Source: Candidatus Binatia bacterium (GTDB lineage Bacteria > Chloroflexota > Dormibacteria > Aeolococcales > Aeolococcaceae). From it: a stretch of 64,000 nt of DNA. Position 1 is the first letter of the stretch; every line of letters starts with the position of its first letter. Location of the stretch: assembly GCA_035624785.1 (NCBI GenBank), contig DASPQV010000016.1, forward strand, positions 22,550 through 86,549, in the 5' to 3' direction. The notes under the pieces are model-generated. The model saw only the letters and a list, made by a program, of their open reading frames with translations, searched no databases and was not told the DNA's origin. Both the position numbers and the translations under genes were made by a program. Shown one piece after another: positions 8,943 through 17,780 of this stretch.

Positions 8943-10241
8943 TCAGGCGGGCCGCTCGACGGCGCCGCTCTTGCCACCGCTCTTGCGCCGCAGGCCCAGC
9001 CACGAAATGGTCATCCACGGATCGGCGGACTTGAGCATGTCGATGACGGTCAGTGCGGCGACCGAGGCCGCGGTCAGCGCCTCCATCTCGACACCGGTGG
9101 AGGCCACGCAGCGGGCGGTGCTGAGGATGCGCACCCCGGGCACTGCGTCGTCGATCTCGATGGTCACGTCGACGTGGGTGATCGGAAGGGGATGGCAGAG
9201 CGGGATGAGATCGGGGGTCCGCTTGGCGGCCATGATCCCGGCGAGCCGGGCGACCGCCAGCACGTCCCCCTTGGGCGAATTCCGGCGCAGTGCCGCCACA
9301 GTTGCCGGCGAGCTGAAGCGCACCACCGCCTCGGCGGTGGCCTGGCGCAGGGTGGGTGACCGGTCGCTGACATCGACCATGTGCAGCTCGCCGCCCCCGT
9401 CCACGTGGCTGAGCTGGGGAAGGCTGGGCGGAGCCTCGCCGGACGGGACGCCGGCCCCTGGATCCCGGCTCTGACCGGAGGCCTCCCCGGCCGCGGCGGG
9501 AGAGGCGCCCGGGGACGGCTCGGGTTCCCCGGCCGCCCCCGGGTCCAGCTCACGAGCATCGACCCACACCGCCCCGTCCGGGTGGTGCTCCCGCTTCCAA
9601 ACGGGAAGGTCGTGCTTGAGGATCTCGATCGCCTCGGCACAGGCGGCGATCGCCGGCCGGCGGTGGGGGGCGGCGGCGGCCACGGCGACGCTCACCTCGC
9701 CGACCGCCAGGGAGCCGACCCGGTGGACCATGGTCAGGCTGGTCACGGGGTGGCGCGAGGCCACCAGGCTGGCGATGCGGAACAGCTCCCGCTCGGCCAT
9801 GGGCAGATAGGCCTCATAGTCCAGCCCCAGCACCGGGCTCCCGGCGCTGGCCGCCCTCACCACTCCCACGAAGCTGGCCACGGCGCCGTCCTGGTCGGTG
9901 CGGATCTCCGCGGCCAGGCGGCCGGCATCGATCGGCTCCCCGACCAGGCGCACCCGCAGCCGGGGTGCGGCCGCTCCGTCGGCGGCGCCCCCGGCGACCG
10001 GTGGCATGAAGGCGATCTCGTCACCCGGCTCGACCGGGGTCTGCCAGTCGCACCAGGCCAGGTTGCGAGCCGCCCTGACCCGCTCCCGGGCGTCCCGCAG
10101 GCTGGGGCTGTCTCGGGTCAGCACGGACCAGAGCTCGGCGACGGTGGCGACCCTCTCGGCGATCAGGGTCTCGGCACCGAGGCGCTCACGCAGGGCCCCG
10201 AAGCAGAGGACCCGGATCGCGCCGGCCCCGGCTGCGGCCAT
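8943..10241 (-). CDS. Fused MoaD-MoaE-MoaC polyprotein (molybdopterin synthase small and large subunits plus cyclic pyranopterin monophosphate synthase)
   Basis: One continuous frame carries three modules joined by a low-complexity linker. The MoaD module (IRVLCFGALRERLG..GDEIAFMPPVAGG) runs directly into the MoaE module (ASFVGVVR..LDYEAYLPMAERELFRIA). A ~45-aa Pro/Gly/Glu-rich linker follows, then the MoaC module (LSHVDGGGELHMVDVSDRS..LIPLCHPLPITHVDV). The ATG at 10241 overlaps the moeA stop as ATGA. The ORF-track version extends 5' of this start and is spurious. Confidence 0.7.
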   Translation of the reverse strand: MAAAGAGAIRVLCFGALRERLGAETLIAERVATVAELWSVLTRDSPSLRDARERVRAARNLAWCDWQTPVEPGDEIAFMPPVAGGAADGAAAPRLRVRLVGEPIDAGRLAAEIRTDQDGAVASFVGVVRAASAGSPVLGLDYEAYLPMAERELFRIASLVASRHPVTSLTMVHRVGSLAVGEVSVAVAAAAPHRRPAIAACAEAIEILKHDLPVWKREHHPDGAVWVDARELDPGAAGEPEPSPGASPAAAGEASGQSRDPGAGVPSGEAPPSLPQLSHVDGGGELHMVDVSDRSPTLRQATAEAVVRFSSPATVAALRRNSPKGDVLAVARLAGIMAAKRTPDLIPLCHPLPITHVDVTIEIDDAVPGVRILSTARCVASTGVEMEALTAASVAALTVIDMLKSADPWMTISWLGLRRKSGGKSGAVERPA

Positions 10242-11470
10242 CAGCGGAGGTCCAGCGCGGTGAGCAGCTGCCCCGCCTCGACCCGGGCGACGCCGGCAGG
10301 GACGACCAGCAGGCCCTCCGCATCCGTCAGCGAACGCAGCATCGAGGACGTCTGGCCTCCGCTCAGGCTCGCCACCGGGATCCCGTCGGGGGCGTCGCTC
10401 AGCCTGATCCTGAGGTAGGTCTCCAGGGATCGAGGAGCTTCCACCAGCTCGCCGAGCCGGACCGCGATCCGGTGGCGGCGGGGATCCGACGCCCCCTGAA
10501 GCGAAAGCAGGGCCGGTCTGCCGAACAGCTCGAATGTGACCGCGGCGCTGGCCGGGTTCCCGGGCAGGCCGATCAGCGGCAGGTCGCCCACCCGGCCGAT
10601 GAGGAGCGGCTTCCCGGGGCGCATGGCCAGGCGCCAGGCGTCGATGCCGCCCAGCTCCGCCACCACCTCGCGAACGTGGTCGTGGCGGCCCACGCTCACC
10701 CCCGCGCTGGTCAGGACCAGATCGCAGCCGGCCGCCGCTGCCAGGCGCTCCCGGACGGCCTCTCGGGAGTCGGCGGCGATCCCCAGGTCGACGACCTCCC
10801 CGCCGGCCTCGGCGACCGCGGCGGCGAGCATGGGGGCGTTGCTGTTGACCACCTGGTGCGGCGCCGGCACGCTTCCCACCGGGATCAGCTCGTCGCCACC
10901 GGACATCAGGGCGACCACGGGCCGTCGATGGACCCTGACGGATGCGGCGCCGGCGGCGGCGCAAGCGGCGATGTCCACCGGGCGGAGCCGCCGCCCCGCT
11001 GGGACCATGACGGTACCTGGTGGAGCGTCCCCCCCAGCCCGGCGGACGTGGTCCCCGGGCCGCGGTGCCTGAAGGACCAGGACGGTGCCGCGGTCACCTG
11101 GCTGGGTGTCCTCGATGGGCACCACCGCGTCGGCGCCGCGGGGTATTGGTCCCCCGGTGGCGATGGCGAGAGCCGTGCCGAGCTCGAGCGCAGCGATCGG
11201 TGCCCCGGTCCGAGCCTCACCGGAGGCGGCCAGCCGGACCGGCCGCGTCGGGGAGGCGCCGGAGCAGTCGGCGGCGAGCACCGCATAGCCGTCCATCGCC
11301 GAGTTGTCGCATCCGGGTATCGCCCAGAGCGTGCTGACCGGCCGGGCGAGCACGCGGCCGAGACTCTCCGAGAGCGGGATCAGCTCCTCACCCGTCGTTC
11401 TCGAGGCGATGAGTTGGAACAACCGCCTCTGCGCCTCCGCCACCGGGATCAGCTCGGTGGCCACGGTCAT
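10241..11470 (-). CDS. moeA: Molybdopterin molybdenumtransferase MoeA
   Basis: Full-length MoeA sequence (..NSAMDGYAV..GIAADSREAVRERL..). Start at ATG 11470 overlaps the mobA stop as ATGA. Confidence 0.85.
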   Translation of the reverse strand: MTVATELIPVAEAQRRLFQLIASRTTGEELIPLSESLGRVLARPVSTLWAIPGCDNSAMDGYAVLAADCSGASPTRPVRLAASGEARTGAPIAALELGTALAIATGGPIPRGADAVVPIEDTQPGDRGTVLVLQAPRPGDHVRRAGGDAPPGTVMVPAGRRLRPVDIAACAAAGAASVRVHRRPVVALMSGGDELIPVGSVPAPHQVVNSNAPMLAAAVAEAGGEVVDLGIAADSREAVRERLAAAAGCDLVLTSAGVSVGRHDHVREVVAELGGIDAWRLAMRPGKPLLIGRVGDLPLIGLPGNPASAAVTFELFGRPALLSLQGASDPRRHRIAVRLGELVEAPRSLETYLRIRLSDAPDGIPVASLSGGQTSSMLRSLTDAEGLLVVPAGVARVEAGQLLTALDLR

Positions 11471-12087
11471 GGCATGACCCTGCCGTCGTGGCGGTGCCCG
11501 CTCGTCCGTGAGGTCTCCCGGCAGCGCCGCCAATCCGCCGGGGTGTTGACGTTCTCCGAGAAGGCGGCCTCTGCCGGCGCCGCCACCTCCGCCGCGGCCA
11601 CTTGCCTCACCCTCAGCCGCCCGAGCAGGCCGCGGGCCGAGAGGTCGGCACTCCCCAGAGCCGCCTCGGCGTGCCCGAGGGCGCTCCGGCAGTACACGGC
11701 ATGAAGGGGCTCCGGCCCCGCCGCGGTCACCGGAACCACCGCGTCCTCACCGTCCCACAAGCCGGCGAGGCGGGCCAGGACGTCGGGGCTCAGCCATGGC
11801 ATGTCCACCGCGACCACGGCACAGAGGGGATGTGGCGAGGCCCGCAGCGCCGCCACCAGCCCGCCCACGGGGCCGCACCGGGGCGCCGGGTCGACCACGC
11901 TGACACAGGCAGGTCGGGTGATCCAGTCGCTGCCTCCGGCGATGATGACCGGATCGGCCACCCGGCGAAGCCGGGCGACTGCCCGGTCGAGGAGGCTCGA
12001 TCCGTCCAGCTCCAGCAGGGCTTTGTCGCGCCCCATCCGCAGGCTCCTGCCGCCGCAGAGGACCGCGCCGCTGAGCGACCCTTCCAT
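11467..12087 (-). CDS. mobA: Molybdenum cofactor guanylyltransferase MobA
   Basis: The N-terminus GAVLCGGRSLRMGRDKALL and the overall sequence are typical of MobA. Confidence 0.8.
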   Translation of the reverse strand: MEGSLSGAVLCGGRSLRMGRDKALLELDGSSLLDRAVARLRRVADPVIIAGGSDWITRPACVSVVDPAPRCGPVGGLVAALRASPHPLCAVVAVDMPWLSPDVLARLAGLWDGEDAVVPVTAAGPEPLHAVYCRSALGHAEAALGSADLSARGLLGRLRVRQVAAAEVAAPAEAAFSENVNTPADWRRCRETSRTSGHRHDGRVMP

Positions 12088-12120
12088 GCCAGCGACGATA
12101 CAGCCACGGGGGCTGCGCCC

Positions 12121-12417
12121 TCAGCGCCGGCCCAGGTCGTCCACTCCGAGGATCCGGCCGACGTCCCGCGCCGCCTCGGCCAGGGCGTCGGTCTCGGCCA
12201 TGCCAACCCCCTGGCGCCGCATCTCCGCGTAGCGTCCGAGCAGGTATGCGGCCAGGGGAGCGTGCTGGCGCTCGCCGGCATGGGCCACCTCACGGGCGAC
12301 CTGGAGGATCAGCCTCCCTCGCTCCCCGGTCGGTGGTTGGAGGTCGAAACCCACCCGCTTGCCCAGCTCACGGGCGATCCGCGGCAGCAGCTCGCCCTCC
12401 CCTTGCATGCTGTCCAC
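12121..12417 (-). CDS. Hypothetical protein, first gene of the mob/moe/moa operon (start uncertain)
   Basis: The ORF is 12121..12648, but a longer form would overlap the fdhD start. A GTG at 12417 is preceded by a GGAGGTGA ribosome-binding site and gives a 98-aa product. A longer form would add a CHCSKPCPGTC Cys cluster. Confidence 0.35.
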   Translation of the reverse strand: MDSMQGEGELLPRIARELGKRVGFDLQPPTGERGRLILQVAREVAHAGERQHAPLAAYLLGRYAEMRRQGVGMAETDALAEAARDVGRILGVDDLGRR

Positions 12418-12514
12418 CGGTTCACCTCCTGTGGCGTCGTGGGCTCCGAGATCCATCAGCATGTCGCCGACGTTGGACCGGCAGGTCCCAGGACACGGCT
12501 TGCTACAGTGACAG

Positions 12515-13336
12515 ATGGACGTGGCAAAGCAGCGCGTCATGCAGCTGCGGGCTTCGGGTGGGACGAGCTGGAGAGCCGACGAGCTCACCGCCGAGGAGCC
12601 CCTGGAGATCCGGGTGGACAGCGTTCCGCTGTCGGTGACGATGCGCACCCCGGGTCACGACCTGGAGCTCGCCGCCGGCTTCCTGATCACCGAAGGGCTG
12701 GTGACGGGCGCCGGTGAGATCGTCTCCATGCGCACCTGCCCACAGGCCGGCGCGGTGGCCGGCCCGCTCAATGTCGTCGAGGTGACGCTCCAGCCGTCAG
12801 CGTCGCGGCCCCGCTCCGCCCGCCACTTCTACGTCACCTCCTCCTGCGGGATCTGCGGCAAGGCGAGCATCGACCAGGTCCGGACGATCTGCTCCCACCC
12901 GGTCCGCGAGGACCCGCTGCGGGTCTCCCCGGAGCTGCTGCTGTCGTTTCCCGAGCGGCTGCGCCAGGCTCAGCCAGGCTTCGCCCGCACCGGCGGCCTC
13001 CACGCCGCCGGTCTCTTCGACGGCGACGGCGGGCTCGTCTGCGTCCGGGAGGATGTCGGGAGGCACAACGCCTTCGACAAGGTGATCGGCTGGGCCGCCA
13101 CCCGCGGTCTGCTGCCGCTGCGCTCCCACATCATCCTGGCCTCCGGTCGGGCCAGCTTCGAGCTCACCCAGAAGGCGCTGATGGCCGGCATCCCGCTCCT
13201 CGCCGCCGTCTCCGCGCCGTCAGACCTGGCGGTCGCGCTGGCTCGGGAGTCGGGGATGACCCTGGTGGGTTTCCTGCGCGGCGACCGCATGAACGTCTAC
13301 TCGGGCCACCACCGGCTGGCGATCAGCCCCGGCTGA
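12515..13336 (+). CDS. fdhD: Formate dehydrogenase accessory sulfurtransferase FdhD
   Basis: Contains the FdhD sequence EEPLEIRVDSVPLSVTMRTPGHDLELAAGFLITEGLV..SSCGICGKAS. Confidence 0.85.
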   Translation: MDVAKQRVMQLRASGGTSWRADELTAEEPLEIRVDSVPLSVTMRTPGHDLELAAGFLITEGLVTGAGEIVSMRTCPQAGAVAGPLNVVEVTLQPSASRPRSARHFYVTSSCGICGKASIDQVRTICSHPVREDPLRVSPELLLSFPERLRQAQPGFARTGGLHAAGLFDGDGGLVCVREDVGRHNAFDKVIGWAATRGLLPLRSHIILASGRASFELTQKALMAGIPLLAAVSAPSDLAVALARESGMTLVGFLRGDRMNVYSGHHRLAISPG

Positions 13337-13357
13337 GCCCACCAAGGGCCCAGGACA

Positions 13358-13382
13358 CCCGGGCCGGCGCGGCCGGCCCGGG
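13358..13382 (+). terminator. GC-rich perfect hairpin (10-bp stem, 5-nt loop) downstream of fdhD and convergent aroK; possible bidirectional terminator without U-tract
   Basis: CCCGGGCCGG-CGCGG-CCGGCCCGGG lies 22 nt after the fdhD stop. Confidence 0.3.
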
Positions 13383-13620
13383 TGCGCACGGAGAGGGGTT
13401 GTTCAACCCAACGGCCCGGCGAGCGCCAGCCGCCCGCGTCCGGCTTGCCCCGGAAGCGTCCAGCCCGGCGGCTTTTCGCGCCCCTGAAAGTCCGGCACGC
13501 CGGCCGCCGCGCCGCACCTGCGTCCCACCTCCATCCTCCGACGCCCTGCCCGCACCGCGACAGCATGCCGGACCGCCGGTGAAGAACCGGGGAGCCGGCC
13601 GTTAAGGGTCGAGGAAGCGA

Positions 13621-14136
13621 TCAGGTCCCGGGCGGCATCTCCGCGAGGATCCGCCGGACCAGCCCGGCCGGCGAGGAGCGCGAGGCCTCGAGGCTGAGAT
13701 CCGCGAACCGGGCGTAGAGGGGATCCCTGGTCCGCGCCATCTCGCGGAGCATGCCCAGCAGGTCGCCGGCCGGGAGCGGCCGGTGGCCATCATCGCGCTG
13801 AAGGCGGGTGGCAAGGCGGGCGACGTCCACCCTGAGCCAGATCACCCAGGCGTTGCCGATCAGCGAGGGCATCCGCTGATCCAGGATCACCGCGGCGGCG
13901 GCGGCGACGACCCGGGGCGGCCGGTGCGCCAGGCCACGGGCGAGCACCTCGACCTCGAGGCTGTGGAGTGCATCGATGCCGCGGTCGACGCCCAGTCGCG
14001 CCGCCGTCTGACCGGTGGCCGCCTCGAGCTGGGCGTCGCTGTCCCAGAAGGGTCGGGAGAGCCGGCGGGCGAGGGCCTGCCCCACCGTGGTCTTGCCGCA
14101 GCCCATCATGCCGATGAGGACGATCGGACGTGCCAT
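13621..14136 (-). CDS. aroK: Shikimate kinase
   Basis: Walker A LIGMMGCGKTTVG; 172 aa from ATG 14136. The longer ORF-track version is a GC-driven 5' extension. Confidence 0.8.
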   Translation of the reverse strand: MARPIVLIGMMGCGKTTVGQALARRLSRPFWDSDAQLEAATGQTAARLGVDRGIDALHSLEVEVLARGLAHRPPRVVAAAAAVILDQRMPSLIGNAWVIWLRVDVARLATRLQRDDGHRPLPAGDLLGMLREMARTRDPLYARFADLSLEASRSSPAGLVRRILAEMPPGT

Positions 14137-14328
14137 GCGTGGTCGACATTCTCCGGTTTGGGACGGGCTCGGCCCGCCCAGCCCCCCGGGGCCGCGGCCC
14201 GGCGGCGACCGGATTCCCGCGTGACCCGTCGCGGCAAACGAGCTACGCTGGTTGACCGCCAGGGCTGGGCTGCATCTTTTCGCCGGTTCGGGACGGTACA
14301 CTCACCGAATTCGCCAGGGGGAGAGGCC

Positions 14329-15999
14329 GTGAAAGAGAAGCCAGGGGGCGACGGAAAGGTTCAGGCTCCGCCCGAGACGGGGGAGGACCTGGGCACACCG
14401 GCTGAGCCGGTGGAGATCGTCGGCCACCCCAGCCGGCAGCCCGGGGCCCCGCCCGGCGGCCCGGAGGCCGGGAGTCCCGGCGCCCTTCAGAAGGCCGCGG
14501 GAGGGCTCGCGCCGCAGGCGCAGGAGACGCGCTCGGTCACCGCCCGGGCCGGCGAGAGCCTGCCAGGCGCGGCTCCTTCCGTGCCGGCCCGGCCCGGCGA
14601 GGGCTACCCACCTCGAACCCTCTCCGGCGAGCGGCCGCCGCTGCCACCCGCGGCTTCGAACGGCGCGCCGCCGCGCACCATCCCGCCGCCGATCAGACCC
14701 TCGGGCACGCTGCCCCCGGGGATGGCCCCAGCGGCGCTGGCCCAGCGCCCCGGTCCGTCCACCCAGCCTCCCCGCCCCGGCGGGGGGATGCAGGCCGCGA
14801 TCCGAAATCTCCCTCAGGACACCTCGGTGGCGCCGCAGCCGGGAGCTGCGACCGGCCCGCGCCCCGCCACCCCCACCGCCAAGCCAGCGGGTGGCAACGG
14901 GTCCCCGCCAGCCGCCCGTACCAGCAACGGAACCGGGCCCTGGCGGCCCCTGCCCGGGCCTGCCTTGGCCTCCCCGCAACGCCCGGCGCCGGCCCGCACC
15001 GTGGGTCGGCTCGCCGCGCTCGCCCCTGACCCGGAGCCGGCCTCGCTTAGGCCGGCACCGCCACCTCCCACTACCGCCCACGACCTGGCCCCCCAGCGGG
15101 AGCGGTCGGTGAAGACGCCCCCGGCCACCCGCGGCTGGCGGAGGGCGGTCCGAGTGGTCAGCTTCGGGGTGGTGTCACCCCGTCCGGGAAGAGCCGAGCG
15201 ACGCGAGCGCGAGCTGATCGCCGCGGCCCGGACCCCGATCGCTACCTGCCGCCGGGTCGCCATCGTCTCCCGCAAGGGTGGGATCGGCAAGACCACCACC
15301 ACGCTCATGCTCGGCCACACGTTCGCGCACCGTCGCGGCGACCGGGTGGTCGCGCTGGACGCCAACCCCGACGCCGGGTCGCTGGCCTACCGGGTCCATC
15401 GCGAGACCGACGCCACCGTGACCCAGCTGCTGCGAGCGGCCGACCGGATCGGCCGGTACAGCGACATGCGGACCTTCACCAGCCAGTCGTCGACCCGGCT
15501 CGAGGTGCTGGCCTCCGATGACGATCCGACCATCAGCGTCGCCCTCGGCGACCCCGAGTACTCGCGGGTGCTGGACGTCCTGGAGCACCACTACAACCTG
15601 ATCCTGATGGACACGGGGACCGGGATCCTCGACTCGGCGACCCAGGGGATCCTGCGGATGGCCGACCAGATAGTGGTCTGCGCCGCTCCCGGGATCGACG
15701 CCTCGAGGGCCTCGAGCCTGACCCTCGACTGGCTCGACGAGCACGGCTACCACGAGCTGGTCAGCGATGCGGTGGTGGTCATCAACCAGGTTCGCAAGGA
15801 CGGTGGGCGTGAGCTCCGCTCGGTTTCCCAGCACTTCGCCCGGCGCTGCCGCGCCGTGGTCAAGGTCCCCTGGGATCCGCACCTCGCCGAGGGCCTGGAG
15901 GTCGAGGTCGACGACCTCAAGCCGGCCACCCGAAACGCCTACCTCAACGCCGCCGCTGCGGTGGCGCGCAGCTTCGGGTTCCCCTCCCACCGCCACTGA
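14329..15999 (+). CDS. ParA/MinD-family ATPase with ~300-aa Pro/Ala/Gly-rich N-terminal region
   Basis: The C-terminal domain has a deviant Walker A (VAIVSRKGGIGKTTTT) plus LDANPDAGS and LMDTGTG motifs. Start chosen at GTG 14329, after a GGGGGAGAGG ribosome-binding site. The ORF-track start at 13783 would overlap aroK on the other strand. Confidence 0.65.
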   Translation: MKEKPGGDGKVQAPPETGEDLGTPAEPVEIVGHPSRQPGAPPGGPEAGSPGALQKAAGGLAPQAQETRSVTARAGESLPGAAPSVPARPGEGYPPRTLSGERPPLPPAASNGAPPRTIPPPIRPSGTLPPGMAPAALAQRPGPSTQPPRPGGGMQAAIRNLPQDTSVAPQPGAATGPRPATPTAKPAGGNGSPPAARTSNGTGPWRPLPGPALASPQRPAPARTVGRLAALAPDPEPASLRPAPPPPTTAHDLAPQRERSVKTPPATRGWRRAVRVVSFGVVSPRPGRAERRERELIAAARTPIATCRRVAIVSRKGGIGKTTTTLMLGHTFAHRRGDRVVALDANPDAGSLAYRVHRETDATVTQLLRAADRIGRYSDMRTFTSQSSTRLEVLASDDDPTISVALGDPEYSRVLDVLEHHYNLILMDTGTGILDSATQGILRMADQIVVCAAPGIDASRASSLTLDWLDEHGYHELVSDAVVVINQVRKDGGRELRSVSQHFARRCRAVVKVPWDPHLAEGLEVEVDDLKPATRNAYLNAAAAVARSFGFPSHRH

Positions 16000-16084
16000 C
16001 GGCGATGCCGATCCCTCTGTGCCGGGGTTCGGCGCAGAGGCGCACCTGGCCGGCAGCCGGTTAGGCAACGGGGGCACCGACCCG

Positions 16085-16714
16085 ATGGCGGACCAGCCGC
16101 CCGACCATTACTTCAGCGCGGCGCCCGGGTCCGCGTCAGCACCGAGGGTGGTGACCGTGCGGCTGCCCGACCAGGTCCTTGTCATGCACACTGATCGAGG
16201 AGTCTTCGCCACCGCCGGGCTCGACGCTGGCACCGAGGCCCTGCTCCGCGAGGCACCCGCCCCGCCCGCCTCCGGGAACGTCCTCGACCTTGGCTGCGGC
16301 CACGGGCTGATCGCCATCGCCCTGGCCCGCCGCTCCCCCGGAACCCGAGTGGTCGCTGTCGACGTCAACCAGCGCGCCCTGGAGCTGACCCGTCTCAACG
16401 CCGCCCTCAACGCCGTCTCCCAGGTCCAGGCGCTTCACCCGGAGGATGTCGACCCGAACCTCCGGTTCGCAGCGATCTATTCCAACCCGCCGGTCAGGGT
16501 CGGCCGGGAGCCGCTCCTCGCCATGCTGGCCAGCTGGTTGGCGCGCCTCGAGCCGGAGGGCTCAGCCTACCTGGTGGTCCAGCGTCACCTGGGCGCCGAT
16601 TCCATCGCCGAGCGGCTTCGGGACCTGGGCTATGAGGTCCGCCGACTGGCTTCCAAGCACGGCTACCGCATCCTGGCAGTGCACGCGGAGAGCCCGGCGT
16701 CGCATCATCCCTAG
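16085..16714 (+). CDS. Class I SAM-dependent methyltransferase (RsmC/RlmG small-domain type, probable rRNA m2G methyltransferase)
   Basis: Motif I VLDLGCGHGLIAIALA and motif IV NPPV. In-frame ATG at 16085, after the ParA-like gene ends. Confidence 0.7.
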   Translation: MADQPPDHYFSAAPGSASAPRVVTVRLPDQVLVMHTDRGVFATAGLDAGTEALLREAPAPPASGNVLDLGCGHGLIAIALARRSPGTRVVAVDVNQRALELTRLNAALNAVSQVQALHPEDVDPNLRFAAIYSNPPVRVGREPLLAMLASWLARLEPEGSAYLVVQRHLGADSIAERLRDLGYEVRRLASKHGYRILAVHAESPASHHP

Positions 16715-16716
16715 CC

Positions 16717-17745
16717 GTGCTCGGCGTCATCCAGATCGGCATCGACCCCACCGCCTTCCGGATCGGCTCCCTGGCGATCCACTGGTACGGGGTCATGTAC
16801 GTGGTGGCCTTCGTGGTCGCCTACTACCTGGGAGCCAAGCCGCACGCGCGGCGGCGGGGCATCAAGCAGGAGCGGATCGAGCTGCTGGTCAGCTGGACCA
16901 TCCTCTGGGGCCTGGTCGGCGGCCGCCTCTATTACGACGTGCAGAGCCTCAGCCAGCTGCACAGCCCGGTCGACTGGATCGCCGTCTGGAACGGGGGGAT
17001 GGCGTTCTACGGGGCGATCATCGGGAGCGTCGCCACCATCGTCTTCCTGGGCTGGCGATGGCGGCTGCCGATCTGGGTCCTGCTCGACGCCGGCGCCATG
17101 TTCGCGGTGGTGGGGCAGCCGATCGGGCGGATCGGCAACATCATCAACGGTGACATCCTGGGCGGCCCCAGCAACCTGCCCTGGGCGACGGCCTACACCA
17201 ACCCGAACGCGGTGCTGCAGTGCCCGTCGGTGCAGAGCTGCTTTCACCTGGACACCGCCTACCAACCCGCCGGCGCCTATGAGGCTCTGGCTACCCTGCT
17301 GATCCTGCTCATCCTGGTGTGGCTGCGCCGGCGCGGCGTCCGCCCCGGGGTGATGATCATCAGCTACGTCGCCCTGTACTCGATCAGCCAGTTCGCACTG
17401 GGCTTTGTGCGGGAGTCGGAGCCGGTGGTGTGGCTCGGTCTCAAAGAGCTCCAGCTCACCGCGGTGGTCGCCTTCGTGGTGGGAGTGCCGGGGCTGGTCT
17501 GGCTGTGGTGGCGCACCGGGGGAGGAGCGGCAGCCAGCGGAACCGAGGGGGTCGCCGCCGTCACCCTCCCCGCGGAGGGCGCACCGGGCTCGGCGGCCAC
17601 CGAGGCGGAGCCTGGCGCCGTCGAGAAGCCCGTGCCGGCGGCCGACGCGAGCGGCGACGACGGGCCGGAGGAGGCTTCAGCGGCCGCCACCGGGAGCGCG
17701 CCGGCCCAGCCGGCCGGCGGGAGCCCCGGCGAGGGCGGCTCCTGA
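16717..17745 (+). CDS. lgt: Prolipoprotein diacylglyceryl transferase with ~90-aa low-complexity C-terminal tail
   Basis: Lgt signature HWYGVMYVVAF..GGRLYY..GRIGNIINGDILGG. GTG start 3 nt after the upstream stop. C-terminal Ala/Gly/Pro/Glu-rich extension. Confidence 0.85.
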   Translation: MLGVIQIGIDPTAFRIGSLAIHWYGVMYVVAFVVAYYLGAKPHARRRGIKQERIELLVSWTILWGLVGGRLYYDVQSLSQLHSPVDWIAVWNGGMAFYGAIIGSVATIVFLGWRWRLPIWVLLDAGAMFAVVGQPIGRIGNIINGDILGGPSNLPWATAYTNPNAVLQCPSVQSCFHLDTAYQPAGAYEALATLLILLILVWLRRRGVRPGVMIISYVALYSISQFALGFVRESEPVVWLGLKELQLTAVVAFVVGVPGLVWLWWRTGGGAAASGTEGVAAVTLPAEGAPGSAATEAEPGAVEKPVPAADASGDDGPEEASAAATGSAPAQPAGGSPGEGGS

Positions 17746-17780
17746 CGGCGGCGCAGCCGCCCGGGTAACCTGGGGGGAGC

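Noticed and set aside
8943-10964. 673-aa ORF-track version of the moaDEC gene. Comparable 5' extensions exist for aroK, pirin, MFS, mgsA, smpB, dnaE, gatA and gatB.
   Set aside because: The N-terminal extensions are low-complexity Arg/Gly/Pro and overlap upstream genes. Internal ATG or GTG starts with Shine-Dalgarno sequences, or ATGA coupling, fit the conserved N-termini.
13783-14328. Upstream part of the 738-aa ORF containing the ParA-like domain
   Set aside because: It overlaps aroK on the opposite strand and is compositionally non-protein-like. The GTG at 14329, with a strong ribosome-binding site, is the more plausible start.
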